Assembly (NCBI GenBank): GCA_002328405.1
Contig: DCXM01000006.1
Span: 595,407-659,406 of the forward strand
Origin: Proteobacteria bacterium UBA2136
GTDB taxonomy: Bacteria; Pseudomonadota; Alphaproteobacteria; UBA2136
Direction: 5' to 3'
Length of the DNA stretch: 64,000 nucleotides
The notes under the pieces are model-generated. The model had not been told where the DNA came from. It searched no databases and saw nothing but the letters and a program-made list of their open reading frames with translations. Of the stretch, positions 1 to 10,627 are shown in pieces; within the stretch, counting starts at the first letter, position 1; each line of letters begins with the position of its first letter. The position numbers and the translations under genes were made by a program.

Positions 1-2
1 CA

Positions 3-1541
3 GACGATAACTGGGAAGACCATGCCTATGACACGGTTAAAGGTGCGGACTGGGTTGGCGATGAAGACGCCATTGACCTGATGTGCAAAGAAGCGCCACA
101 AGCGGTGCTGGACATGGACGAGATGGGTTGCCCATTTTCCCGCGAGGACGATGGTTCCATTGCGCAACGTGCTTTTGGGGGTGCCTCATTCCCTCGTACA
201 GCTTTTGCGGCGGACCGAACTGGCCACGCGATGCTTCACACTTTGTGGGAACAAGCGGTCAAGCACGGCACCCACATTTATGAAGAATATCACCTGCTGA
301 AGGTTTGCGTGGACGAAAAAACAAAGCGTGCCTGCGGTGTGATTGCGATGGATATTAAGTCCGGCCAAGTGGAATATATTGCGGCTAAAGCGGTGTTGAT
401 TGCCACCGGTGGTTATGGGCGTTTGTTTGCATCCAACACCAATGCCATGATCAATACAGGTGACGGTGTGGCCCTGGCGATGAAAGCTGGCGCCCACGCA
501 GCCGACTTGGAGTTTGTTCAGTTTCACCCAACGGGTCTAAAGTCTTCTGGGATTTTGATCAGTGAAGGTGTGCGTGGTGAAGGGGCTTACCTCATTGGTA
601 AAGACGGCAAGCGCTTTATGGAAAAATATGCGCCAAACAAGCTGGAACTGGCATCCCGTGATGTGGTTTCCCGTGCGGAAATGATGGAGATTATGAACGG
701 CAACGGTGAAGATGGTGCGATCTTTTTAGATGTCCGTCACCTTGGCCGTGAAAAGATTTTGGAAAAACTGCCACAAATTCGCCAGCTTTCCATTGACTTT
801 GAAGGGGTGGACCCTGTGGATGCGCCAATTCCTGTCAAGCCAACTTGCCACTACACCATGGGCGGTATTCGCACCAACAAGTTTGGTCACTCTAAGCTAG
901 AAGGTTTGTTTGCAGCGGGCGAGGCGGCTTGCGTTTCTGTCCACGGCGGTAACCGTTTGGGTGCTAACTCTCTGCTTGAAACCATTGTTTTTGGCAAAAT
1001 TACAGGTAAGGAAATGGTGCGTTTTGTCAACGAAGAAGGCTCCAGCGAGCCGGAAACCAACACCGATGACATGGTGGAAGTTCAAAAGATGATCGCTGAC
1101 TTGAAGGCCCGCCCGAAAGACGGTGGCGTGCGCCGTAACGAAATTCATAAACTATTGACTGAATCCTTGAACGAAAACTGCAGTGTTTTCCGTGATGAGG
1201 ATCGTTTGAATAAAGCCCTAGATGCGGTGAACAAAGCCAAAGAGCTTTACAAAAAAGTTTACATTGACGATAAGTCCGAAGCCTTTAACACTGAGCTTTT
1301 GACCACCATTGAGCTGGGCAACTTGATTGCATTGGGTGAAGCAACGGTACGCAGTGCCTTGGCCCGTACCGAGTCTCGCGGCGCGCACACCCGTGAAGAA
1401 TTCCCAGATCGTGACGATGAAAACTGGATGAAGCACACCCTTGCCATTTGGGACAATGCCAAAGAAACAGTGCGCTTGGACTATGAAGCAACCCGTGTAA
1501 CAGGTAACCCAAGATACGCACCGGTTGAGCGTAAGTACTAA
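3..1541 (+). CDS. sdhA: Succinate dehydrogenase/fumarate reductase flavoprotein subunit (5' end outside window)
   Basis: Frame is open from position 3 (DDNWEDHAYDTVKGADW). Motifs QFHPTG, LISEGVRGEG, ELASRDVVSR, HYTMGG, VHGGNRLGANSL, ESRGAH. Confidence 0.95.
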   Translation, partial: DDNWEDHAYDTVKGADWVGDEDAIDLMCKEAPQAVLDMDEMGCPFSREDDGSIAQRAFGGASFPRTAFAADRTGHAMLHTLWEQAVKHGTHIYEEYHLLKVCVDEKTKRACGVIAMDIKSGQVEYIAAKAVLIATGGYGRLFASNTNAMINTGDGVALAMKAGAHAADLEFVQFHPTGLKSSGILISEGVRGEGAYLIGKDGKRFMEKYAPNKLELASRDVVSRAEMMEIMNGNGEDGAIFLDVRHLGREKILEKLPQIRQLSIDFEGVDPVDAPIPVKPTCHYTMGGIRTNKFGHSKLEGLFAAGEAACVSVHGGNRLGANSLLETIVFGKITGKEMVRFVNEEGSSEPETNTDDMVEVQKMIADLKARPKDGGVRRNEIHKLLTESLNENCSVFRDEDRLNKALDAVNKAKELYKKVYIDDKSEAFNTELLTTIELGNLIALGEATVRSALARTESRGAHTREEFPDRDDENWMKHTLAIWDNAKETVRLDYEATRVTGNPRYAPVERKY

Positions 1542-1562
1542 AGGCGAAGGAAGGCTTAGAAA

Positions 1563-1826
1563 ATGAAGTTTTTTATGTCGATGCTTGGGTTTTTAATGCT
1601 GATTGCACTGGCCTTTTATGTGGGTTACAGCGCCGACCTTGCCCCTGTTGAAGGGGACGATTCGGCGGCGGCTTACGGCTATGGCGCGGTGGAAGAACGC
1701 CCTCAAGGGGGTATCCGCACTGGCGGCGGCGCACAGGAATCTACAGGCTTTGGCGGTTTGCAAGGCGGTCGCCCGACAGGCGCACCAGCACCACAACAAA
1801 GGTGTTTGGAAAATGCCCGTTGCTAA
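1563..1826 (+). CDS. Small Gly-rich hypothetical protein with N-terminal signal/anchor
   Basis: AAGGAAGG RBS, hydrophobic N-terminus, followed by a terminator. Confidence 0.6.
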   Translation: MKFFMSMLGFLMLIALAFYVGYSADLAPVEGDDSAAAYGYGAVEERPQGGIRTGGGAQESTGFGGLQGGRPTGAPAPQQRCLENARC

Positions 1827-1840
1827 ATTTTAAGCATAAT

Positions 1841-1868
1841 AAAAAACCTCCCAGATGGGAGGTTTTTT
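1841..1868. terminator. Bidirectional rho-independent terminator
   Basis: AAAAAACCTCCCA-GA-TGGGAGGTTTTTT between convergent ORFs. Confidence 0.85.
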
Positions 1869-1881
1869 ATCGTCTGAAAGG

Positions 1882-2340
1882 TTAAGGCACGGCGGCTAAA
1901 CGCAGCAGGCTTTTTAACAAAAAGTTTAATTTTGGACTGGGTAAATTCTGGCCATCTTTGCCAGCGAGATACCAACGTTGAGTTTTGATATCAAAGTAAA
2001 AACAATGACTTTTCCTGATCGGTGGCGCTTGCTTGAAAATGTGCAAAAGGGCGCTGACTGTGGGTTTTGTTTCACTTCGGATGATTAAAGCCGGTTGACC
2101 TTGATAGCTCATGCGTTGCACGCTGATGGATTGGTGCAAGGTCATCAAGGCAACAAGGGGGTGTTGCAGGCTGAGGGTATTTAGAGGTTCAAGGTTCAGC
2201 GGTTCAGAAAAAGATTCTTCCATAAGGGTTTGGTGGTTCGGTAGCTGGTTTTGGCGTTGGCGGGCTGCGTTGTTTTTAAAACAATCCCGCAAGGCGTCAA
2301 TTTCGTCCGCTTCCAGCAGAGTTTTGGGGTTGTGGCTCAT
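1882..2340 (-). CDS. Hypothetical protein
   Basis: 152-aa ORF with GGAG RBS, converging on the terminator; no recognisable motif. Confidence 0.6.
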   Translation of the reverse strand: MSHNPKTLLEADEIDALRDCFKNNAARQRQNQLPNHQTLMEESFSEPLNLEPLNTLSLQHPLVALMTLHQSISVQRMSYQGQPALIIRSETKPTVSALLHIFKQAPPIRKSHCFYFDIKTQRWYLAGKDGQNLPSPKLNFLLKSLLRLAAVP

Positions 2341-2551
2341 GTTTTATGCTCCAAAAGAGAGTGGTAAAGGGCATTGAAAAGGGAAATTATGTCTGATATT
2401 TCATTGCTTGTATACAAATAAGTGACCGATTTGTCAATGTTTATCGGCTGTCACAGGGCAAAAATGTAAATGGGGTGACTTTTGTCAGAAATGTGGCTAT
2501 AATAGCCCCATATAAATTAAGTGTAATCAAAATGACGAAACAATAAAAATT

Positions 2552-3568
2552 ATGGCTGATACAAAAAAAGTTACATTTAGAGTACAACGTGGCGAAACCG
2601 TGCAAGGGCAATATGCCTCTCGTGTGGAAGAATTTGAAGTGGAATACGGTCGTTCGACCACTGTTTTGCAAGCCTTAGAAGGCATTAAGGCTGACCAAGA
2701 TGGGTCTTTGACATTCCGCCGTTCATGCTGTGCTTCCATCTGCGGCAGTTGCGGTATGGTGATCAACAACCGCTCTCGCTTGGCGTGCAAAACCAAAGTG
2801 CGCGAATTGGTGGAAGGTATCCCTGAAAAGAACCTTCAAGGTTCTGACGTCATTGAAATTGCGCCGCAAAAAAATCAGCCTGTCATTAAAGACCTCGCTG
2901 TCGATATTTCCGAGTTTTATCAAAAGGTCGATAAAATTGATCCTTACGTGCAAGAAGGTAAAGAAGCTGACAAACAGGTGACCAAGTCATCCTTTGAGCA
3001 GGTGAACATGGTGAGTAACTGCATTATGTGCGGTTGCTGCTACTCTGACTGCACCGAAATGGTTGAAAGCCCAGACTTTTTGGGCCCAGCGGCGTTGGCC
3101 AAAGCTTTCCGCTTTGTGGCCGACCCTCGTGAAGGTCATAAAACAGAGCGCTTGCAAGAGCTTTCTGAAAAGAACGGTATTTGGGACTGTACCCGTTGCG
3201 GTATGTGTGTGGATGCCTGCCCGAAAGATGTGGCGCCAATGGAAGCCATTACCAAATTACGTACCCGTGCGATGGAAGCTGGGGTGACCGATAACCCAGG
3301 TGCCCGCCACGCCATTGCCTTTAAAAATGACATTGCCAAAGGCGGCATGCTGAACGAACCAATGCTGTTGCTGAAAACACTGGGTGTTGCAGGTGCAGTT
3401 GGTCAATTGGGTAACGCTTTGCATTTGGCTAAAAAAGGTAAAATCCCTTCTATCTTCCCGCATAAAGTGGACGATGTGCACGAAGTGGAAAGCATCTTCA
3501 AAGAGTTGGATGCCAACCCAATTGAGGTGGAAACCAAACAAGAAGACACAGGCCCAGGTGCAGGTTAA
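2552..3568 (+). CDS. sdhB: Succinate dehydrogenase iron-sulfur subunit with C-terminal extension
   Basis: RRSCCASICGSC...LAC (2Fe-2S); CIMCGCCYSDC and CTRCGMCVDACP ferredoxin motifs; FLGPAAL. Confidence 0.93.
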   Translation: MADTKKVTFRVQRGETVQGQYASRVEEFEVEYGRSTTVLQALEGIKADQDGSLTFRRSCCASICGSCGMVINNRSRLACKTKVRELVEGIPEKNLQGSDVIEIAPQKNQPVIKDLAVDISEFYQKVDKIDPYVQEGKEADKQVTKSSFEQVNMVSNCIMCGCCYSDCTEMVESPDFLGPAALAKAFRFVADPREGHKTERLQELSEKNGIWDCTRCGMCVDACPKDVAPMEAITKLRTRAMEAGVTDNPGARHAIAFKNDIAKGGMLNEPMLLLKTLGVAGAVGQLGNALHLAKKGKIPSIFPHKVDDVHEVESIFKELDANPIEVETKQEDTGPGAG

Positions 3569-3577
3569 GGAAGGTTT

Positions 3578-4015
3578 ATGGCTAAATTTTCAAACAACGA
3601 CAGCATGAATAAGACGCACCAATACCAGCGTCAAGTTTTTGGGGCAAGAAAACCGCAAAAACCCAATGATCAGTACAATAAACTGGCCGCTGTTTTTGAA
3701 GATGTGGCTGAGGCAGAACCGTTACAACCTGTACAGGTTGAAAAGGTGGAAACAAAGCTGGAAAAGCTCTTCCGCCAAAATAAAACAAAAATTATGAAAG
3801 CCCTGCGCGCCCTTGCACTGCAAGACCCCGCAATGGTGAAGTTCCGTCAAACAGGTTCCCTTGATGACCTGAAGGCGGCAACCCAAAACAGCACTTATAA
3901 CAAACATAAGTGGGACATATTGCTGAAATATGCGGACGTTTGGGACGATGATTTGAAAAATATAAGCTACTTAGAGCTGAAAAAGCTTTATGCAGTTTCA
4001 AAAATAACTGGTTAA
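3578..4015 (+). CDS. Hypothetical basic protein between sdhB and the CCG subunit
   Basis: AGGAAGG RBS, 9-nt gap after sdhB, 145 aa. Confidence 0.65.
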   Translation: MAKFSNNDSMNKTHQYQRQVFGARKPQKPNDQYNKLAAVFEDVAEAEPLQPVQVEKVETKLEKLFRQNKTKIMKALRALALQDPAMVKFRQTGSLDDLKAATQNSTYNKHKWDILLKYADVWDDDLKNISYLELKKLYAVSKITG

Positions 4016-4035
4016 AAATAAAAAGGACCATCAAA

Positions 4036-4932
4036 ATGGCAAAAAAAGCTTTGAATTACGCATATTACCCAGGCTGTGCTGCAAAGCAAATTCAAAAAGA
4101 GGCGGACTGGTCTGCCCGTGCGATCAGCGAAAAAATGGGCATCACACTGCATGACATGCCAAAGGCCACATGCTGTGGTGCGGGCAACTTGCAAGAGCAT
4201 GACCCAGCTGCTGGTTTGGCTGTTTGTGCGCGCATTTTCTCCCAAGCGGAAGAAATGGGGATGGACATTTGCACCATCTGCAACACTTGCTTGCAAACCT
4301 TTACCTTTGCCAACGAACGTTTGAAAAATGAGCCTGAACTGCTGGAAAAAATCAACGCTGTCCTTTCCAAAGCGGGCGTGCGTCCTTACATGGGCACCAT
4401 TGATGTTAAGCACTTGATTTGGGTGATGGTGGATGACCTTGGCATTGAAGAAGTGAAAAAACATGTGGAAAAACCACTCAATGGCTTAAAAGTAGCACCG
4501 TTTTACGGTTGCCACGCTTTGCGCCCTTATGAAGTTTTCAACGGCCGTGGTGGTCAGTCCCCTCAATATCTTGATACCATTATTGGCGCCATCGGCGGTG
4601 AGTCGGTTGACTATAACGGTAAGGACAAGTGCTGCGGCTTCCACACCATGTTGGTGCAAGAAGATACCTTCCTTAAAATGTCCGGTGGGCACAGTTTAGA
4701 AGCCAAGCGTGAAGGGGCCGAAATTATGGTTTCCCCGTGCACATTGTGTGACATGGCGCTGGGTGCTTACCAAGCCAGAAGTGAGAAGTATCTGGGGCAA
4801 AAAATTGACCTGCCAGAGATGAGTATTTCACAGCTTGTGGGCACAGCCTTCGGCTTGGACCACAAAAAATTAGGTTTCAACAGGCTTCATCAGAACCCTG
4901 AAAAAGTGTTTAAAAGCCGTGGTGTGGCATAA
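4036..4932 (+). CDS. CCG-domain (HdrB-like) protein, probable anchor subunit of a non-classical succinate dehydrogenase
   Basis: YAYYPGC, TCCGAG, CNTC, PFYGCH, KCCGF, PCTLC: two CCG domains, adjacent to sdhB. Confidence 0.88.
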   Translation: MAKKALNYAYYPGCAAKQIQKEADWSARAISEKMGITLHDMPKATCCGAGNLQEHDPAAGLAVCARIFSQAEEMGMDICTICNTCLQTFTFANERLKNEPELLEKINAVLSKAGVRPYMGTIDVKHLIWVMVDDLGIEEVKKHVEKPLNGLKVAPFYGCHALRPYEVFNGRGGQSPQYLDTIIGAIGGESVDYNGKDKCCGFHTMLVQEDTFLKMSGGHSLEAKREGAEIMVSPCTLCDMALGAYQARSEKYLGQKIDLPEMSISQLVGTAFGLDHKKLGFNRLHQNPEKVFKSRGVA

Positions 4933-4964
4933 AAATTTAGGTTAATTTAAAAAGGGGTTTTTGG

Positions 4965-5174
4965 ATGAAGAAATATGTAGGACTATTTATTGTTGTGGCA
5001 CTTGTGGCGACTGCGTTTGTGGTGGGCGACGCTGCGGCTAATTCTGAAGATAAAGTGATTGGTATTATTGACCGCATTTTGAACGTGATTGCCGATTTCT
5101 TCGAACGTATCTTCCAAAGCTTGGCCGATGCGATTAAAAGCATCTTCACAGGAGATGACGGCGCAAAAAAGTAG
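4965..5174 (+). CDS. Small exported hypothetical protein (possible -1 frameshift extension to 5260)
   Basis: Signal peptide MKKYVGLFIVVALVATAFVVGDAAA followed by an amphipathic helix. Confidence 0.65.
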   Translation: MKKYVGLFIVVALVATAFVVGDAAANSEDKVIGIIDRILNVIADFFERIFQSLADAIKSIFTGDDGAKK

Positions 5175-5471
5175 TTGAGTCAGCACCTGAAAGGGACGAA
5201 AGTTTGACCGATGAAATGAAGCGTAAGGCGATTGACGTTTATCAAGTCATCACCGAATAAATCTAAGAGTGATTATTTACGCTTTCATAAGGTATCAGCT
5301 AGTCAAACTAGCTTTCCCCTTAGTGATAACGCAAATATTCATCCCTTAGATACGGGCTGTTACAGGCGCATGTACGAACAAAATATACCTAGCCTAGATT
5401 GACATTTTGGCCTGCTTTAAGAAAATTCTCATCGCTTAGATAAGGGCTATAATGAGCGTATATATTCAAAT

Positions 5472-5500
5472 AAAAAACCACCCATTGGGGTGGTTTTTTT
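5472..5500. terminator. Bidirectional rho-independent terminator
   Basis: AAAAAACCACCC-ATTG-GGGTGGTTTTTTT. Confidence 0.85.
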
Positions 5501-5507
5501 ATTATCG

Positions 5508-5822
5508 TTATCGCCTCGTCGGTATTTTTGCATTTGTGTAGTTTCGTGGAGACCTTAATGCAAAGCTTTTAAGCCACCCAAAAAATATGTTGCCTTTAAA
5601 CTTTTTATGATTAGCTTCGGTAAAAAAGCTTTTAAGTGTGCTGTTATCCAATTTTGCTTGCTTAATGCTGTTGAAAACATCTATGCACTGGTCTTTGAAG
5701 AAGCTGTTGTCAAATTGAGCGGATTCAGTGAGTTCTCGGGCGTGCTCTAGTTTATAGCAACTAACTCGTGCAATTGTTGCCATTGATTGGTCATCACGTT
5801 TTGAAAGGGGTTGGTGTTCCAT
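5508..5822 (-). CDS. Hypothetical protein
   Basis: GAGG RBS, 104 aa. Confidence 0.6.
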   Translation of the reverse strand: MEHQPLSKRDDQSMATIARVSCYKLEHARELTESAQFDNSFFKDQCIDVFNSIKQAKLDNSTLKSFFTEANHKKFKGNIFFGWLKSFALRSPRNYTNAKIPTRR

Positions 5823-5851
5823 GTGGTATACCTCAATAAAGTAAAGTGATT

Positions 5852-6172
5852 TTAAGGTTTTACAAGCTTGTTTTGTTTGGCCCAGCGGACAATGCCTTGA
5901 AGGCAGTGTATGGGTATATTGTAACTACCATCAGGTTTTTTGTTTGATTGCGCTTGGGCAAATTTTTCAAGCTTTTCAAAGTTTTGATGAATAGCGTTGT
6001 TGCCTGGCTTTAAATTGATTTCTTTTAACAGGTTGTCCAAGTCTTCTCGTATTTGCCTGTCTTCAATGTTCAAGCGCTCTAACACACAATTTAGGGCAAT
6101 GTGCGGTGTTAAAACGAGTGTCTTAAAAAACGCATGCAACGTATTAGAATTGCTGGTGACGTGGATGGACAT
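5852..6172 (-). CDS. Hypothetical protein
   Basis: GGAGG RBS, 106 aa, co-oriented with the downstream ORF. Confidence 0.6.
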   Translation of the reverse strand: MSIHVTSNSNTLHAFFKTLVLTPHIALNCVLERLNIEDRQIREDLDNLLKEINLKPGNNAIHQNFEKLEKFAQAQSNKKPDGSYNIPIHCLQGIVRWAKQNKLVKP

Positions 6173-6377
6173 AAATCCTCCGAAAAAGGTCTGAGTAGGT
6201 TGGTGGTGTTTAGGAAAAATTTGAGGGTGTTTCTCTTTTATGTGATAACTGTATACGAATCAAAGGTAGATCGTCAATCATTAAAAATACTTAAGTGTCA
6301 ATTGCATGCTTGTCATTGTTGGTGATATCTTATAATTTAAGTGTCATTATTTCTGAAAATAAAGGTAAACATTTTAA

Positions 6378-6875
6378 ATGAAAAAAGTTCTTATTTTAGT
6401 TTTAGCTGTCGCAATTACAGCTTGCTCCCGCCAAGCAACGCTTGACCCAAACGCTATGACATATGATGAATCCCAGTCGATTGTTTCGGTTGAACGTGGA
6501 GTGATTATTGCCGTTGAGCAATCACAGGTGACCATTGACGGTCGTGACGATGCTGGTGTGGCAGGTGCCATTGTTGGTGGTCTTGCCGGTTCTCAGGTTG
6601 GTCAAGGTGGCGGACGTGACGCTGCGGTGGCCATTGGTGCTTTAGGTGCTTCTTACCTTGGTAAAAAATTAACCGAAAAAACCGAGCTGGCCTTTGTTTA
6701 CACAGTGGAACAAAAAGAAGGTGGCATTATCACCGTGGCACAAACAGGTAACATGATTAACATTGGTGAACCTGTGCTTATTCGCACCTTTGCAAATGGT
6801 CGCAAAAGCATTACGGCGGACCAATCGCAAAACCGCATTTACAACCGCACAAAAGAAACACAGTACGCGGATTAA
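6378..6875 (+). CDS. Glycine-zipper 2TM outer-membrane lipoprotein (SlyB/17-kDa antigen-like)
   Basis: Lipobox ITAC; GAIVGGLAGSQVGQGGGRDAAVAIGALG. Confidence 0.85.
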   Translation: MKKVLILVLAVAITACSRQATLDPNAMTYDESQSIVSVERGVIIAVEQSQVTIDGRDDAGVAGAIVGGLAGSQVGQGGGRDAAVAIGALGASYLGKKLTEKTELAFVYTVEQKEGGIITVAQTGNMINIGEPVLIRTFANGRKSITADQSQNRIYNRTKETQYAD

Positions 6876-6877
6876 AC

Positions 6878-6904
6878 AAAAAAAGCCCCCACACGGGGCT
6901 TTTT
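6878..6904 (+). terminator. Rho-independent terminator
   Basis: AAAAGCCCC-CACAC-GGGGCTTTTT. Confidence 0.75.
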
Positions 6905-6952
6905 ATTTGTTAGCATTTCGCTTATACTTTTTATCAAATGAATTCAAAATAA

Positions 6953-7927
<975 letters not shown>

Positions 7928-8017
7928 ACATTAAAAACGGGGCAGGGCAGGTGCTTTTAAAGGTGCCTGCTTTGTTTTTTGTAAATGAATTTATGTTAAT
8001 AGAAAAGGGTTTTAAAA

Positions 8018-8638
8018 ATGAAAATTGCAATTATCAGTGGGTCGCACAGGCCATCAGGGCAGTCAGGTCGCATTGCGGACTTTTTGGCAAGCCGTGTTGA
8101 AAGCTTGAAAACAGGGGCTCAAACCTATGTTTTAAAACTGACCCATGACATGTTGCCACTGTGGGATGAAAGCATGTGGGGGCAAGAAGGCCAAGCCAAG
8201 GAAGCTTACGCACCCATTGCAAAAGAGCTTCAATCCTGCGATGCTGCCATTGTGATTGCGCCAGAATACAACGGCACTGCACCCGCAGCCCTTAAAAACT
8301 TTTTCCACTATGCCAGCGGCAGCGACCTTGGGCATAAAGCAGGGCTTTTGGTGGGTGTCAGCGGTTCTATCAATGGGGCATACCCCATTGCTGAAATGCG
8401 TTCCCACAGTTCAAAAAACTGTAAAATTTGCTACATGCCCGACCACTTGGTTGTGCGCCATGCCGCAGAAGTTTTAAAGGATGATGTGAAGGATGACTTT
8501 AAAGAAGACGATGCCTACATGCGTGAGCGCATTGATTATACATTAAATGTCTTCTTTGAATATGCGGAGGCGTTGAACAAGGTGCGTGAAAGTGAAGTGG
8601 TGAAAAACACGCCACAAAAGTACGCCTTCGGCCAATAA
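8018..8638 (+). CDS. NAD(P)H-dependent FMN reductase family protein
   Basis: IISGSHR..S, APEYNG...ALKN. Confidence 0.85.
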   Translation: MKIAIISGSHRPSGQSGRIADFLASRVESLKTGAQTYVLKLTHDMLPLWDESMWGQEGQAKEAYAPIAKELQSCDAAIVIAPEYNGTAPAALKNFFHYASGSDLGHKAGLLVGVSGSINGAYPIAEMRSHSSKNCKICYMPDHLVVRHAAEVLKDDVKDDFKEDDAYMRERIDYTLNVFFEYAEALNKVRESEVVKNTPQKYAFGQ

Positions 8639-8763
8639 AGGAGCACTTAAGCGGTTTTATTTACGTTTTGAGATGTCTTGCCTAGGTTTCTAGGCGTCAA
8701 CATCACGCGCCGCAAATACATCTCGCTTATTTACGCCTTTTTTAATTGGATTTTATAGAATAA

Positions 8764-8791
8764 AAGAAAGCCCGCAAATGCGGGCTTTCTT
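8764..8791. terminator. Bidirectional rho-independent terminator
   Basis: AAGAAAGCCCGCA-AA-TGCGGGCTTTCTT. Confidence 0.8.
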
Positions 8792-8808
8792 GTCGATTTG
8801 TTGGTGAT

Positions 8809-9264
8809 TTACGCTGAAAGGTGTTGACTTTTCTGGCCTTCTTCGGGTTTGTAAATTTGCACAGGGGTAAGGAAAAACCTGTGAATCATGGAAAGGCCTT
8901 CATCGGTGCGGATTGTGGAAATGTTTTCATTTTCTAAAACAAACAGCGTCAATTCGCTTTCAGCTTCCGGTGTTTCATCGAAGTATGTTTCAATGGCTTT
9001 TTTATGGTTTTTGCCTATAGCTTTATTCATATTCCCCATATCATATATGATAGAATTGATTTGTGCTGATATACATTTAGTTCCGATGGCTTGCCAGTTT
9101 TGGCCACGAGCTCGTAAGCCTTCCAATGCGGTGCGTGTGCATATGAGTTCATACAAGGGTTTGTTGCTTGGCATAAGTTTCTCCAAAGTGGTCTTCAAAA
9201 AAGAAGGGTGGGGGTGGGTCAAAGGGTTTGATATCAAGGCAAAAATAAATTTTTGTATGATCAT
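8809..9264 (-). CDS. Hypothetical protein (start uncertain)
   Basis: 151-aa ORF converging on the terminator. Confidence 0.5.
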   Translation of the reverse strand: MIIQKFIFALISNPLTHPHPSFLKTTLEKLMPSNKPLYELICTRTALEGLRARGQNWQAIGTKCISAQINSIIYDMGNMNKAIGKNHKKAIETYFDETPEAESELTLFVLENENISTIRTDEGLSMIHRFFLTPVQIYKPEEGQKSQHLSA

Positions 9265-9450
9265 TCAAAAAGCAAATGTATGTCTATCACGTTGTATCAT
9301 TGGTGTAAGTGGTGTTCGTTTCAAGCTGTCACCTTTAAAAAATGTAAACTTTTTTGTACATCAGCGGTTAAATGCGCTACACTTTAATGGTTCACCTTGC
9401 ATCAAGGTGGGGAGAGATGAAATTTTAAAAATAAAAAGAGATTTAAGCAT

Positions 9451-10626
9451 ATGAATCTTCATGAATATCAAGCAAAACAAGTGTTAGAAAAATTTGGTGT
9501 TGCAGTGCCACGCGGTATTGTTGCATCCACCCCTGCGGAAGCAGAAGCCGCAGCGAAAGATCTGGGCACAGCCATCACCGTGGTGAAAGCGCAAGTTCAC
9601 AGTGGTGCACGTGGTAAAGCCGGCGGTGTTATTTTGTGTAAATCCCCAGAAGAAGCAGCGGAAGCAGCTAAAAAGCTGATTGGCACACAATTGGTAACCC
9701 ACCAAACAGGCGCAGAAGGCTTGCCTGTGCACAAAGTTTATGTGGAAGAAGGTTCGGACATTGCACGCGAACTTTACCTTTCCATCACCCTAGACCGTGA
9801 AAAAAGCTGCAACTTCATTATGGCCTCCACAGAAGGTGGGATGGACATTGAAGCCGTTGCAGAAGAAACACCCGAAAAAATCTTCACTGAAAATGTGGAT
9901 CCATCGGTTGGCCTGTGGCCATACCAGTGCCGCAATGTGGCCTTTAAACTTGGCCTAAAAGGCAAGCAGGTAAACGATTTTGTAAAATTGTTGATGAACC
10001 TTTACAAGTGCTATGAAGATATTGACGCTGCCATGTTGGAAATTAACCCACTTGTGGTGACAGGTGATGACGAAATTAAAGTGTTGGATTGCAAAATCAA
10101 CATTGATTCAAACGCCCTTTACCGCCAAAAAGAAATTCACGAAATGGACGATGAAACCCAACAAGACGAACGTGAAGTGAAGGCCGCTAAATTTGACCTG
10201 AACTACATTGCCTTGGAAGGGGACATTGGCTGCATGGTAAACGGTGCAGGCCTTGCCATGGCAACCATGGATATCATCAAGCATTACGGTGGCCAGCCAG
10301 CCAACTTCCTTGACGTTGGTGGCGGTGCGACGGAAGAACGTGTGACAGAAGCCTTCAAAATTATCCTTTCCGACAGCAATGTTAAAGGCATTTTGGTGAA
10401 CATCTTCGGTGGTATTATGAAGTGCGATATCATTGCCAACGGTGTGGTAGCAGCGGCCAAACAAGTTGACCTTGCTGTGCCACTTGTGGTGCGCTTAGAA
10501 GGCACAAACGTGCAAGCTGGTAAAGAAATTTTGGCCAACTCTGGTTTGCCAATCATCACAGCGGATGACTTGGACGATGCGGCACAAAAAGTTGTGGCTA
10601 AAGTGGCAGAGTTGAAGGCTGCGTAA
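9451..10626 (+). CDS. sucC: Succinyl-CoA synthetase beta subunit
   Basis: [51 protein letters not shown]. Confidence 0.97.
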   Translation: MNLHEYQAKQVLEKFGVAVPRGIVASTPAEAEAAAKDLGTAITVVKAQVHSGARGKAGGVILCKSPEEAAEAAKKLIGTQLVTHQTGAEGLPVHKVYVEEGSDIARELYLSITLDREKSCNFIMASTEGGMDIEAVAEETPEKIFTENVDPSVGLWPYQCRNVAFKLGLKGKQVNDFVKLLMNLYKCYEDIDAAMLEINPLVVTGDDEIKVLDCKINIDSNALYRQKEIHEMDDETQQDEREVKAAKFDLNYIALEGDIGCMVNGAGLAMATMDIIKHYGGQPANFLDVGGGATEERVTEAFKIILSDSNVKGILVNIFGGIMKCDIIANGVVAAAKQVDLAVPLVVRLEGTNVQAGKEILANSGLPIITADDLDDAAQKVVAKVAELKAA

Positions 10627-10627
10627 T

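Noticed and set aside
4036-4932. True heterodisulfide reductase
   Set aside because: No hdrA/hdrC nearby; the sdhAB context fits a complex II anchor subunit better.
5232-5480. Frame with interrupting stops that might be a decayed gene
   Set aside because: No recognisable family; cannot be distinguished from chance without a search.
8670-8724. Hairpin GCCTAG-GTTT-CTAGGC with flanking GAGATGT/ACATCTC
   Set aside because: Short and single-copy; a plausible 3' UTR structure but insufficient to call an ncRNA.
8888-9454. 188-aa plus-strand ORF overlapping the sucC start
   Set aside because: Antisense shadow of 8809-9264 that runs through the sucC promoter region; no motif.
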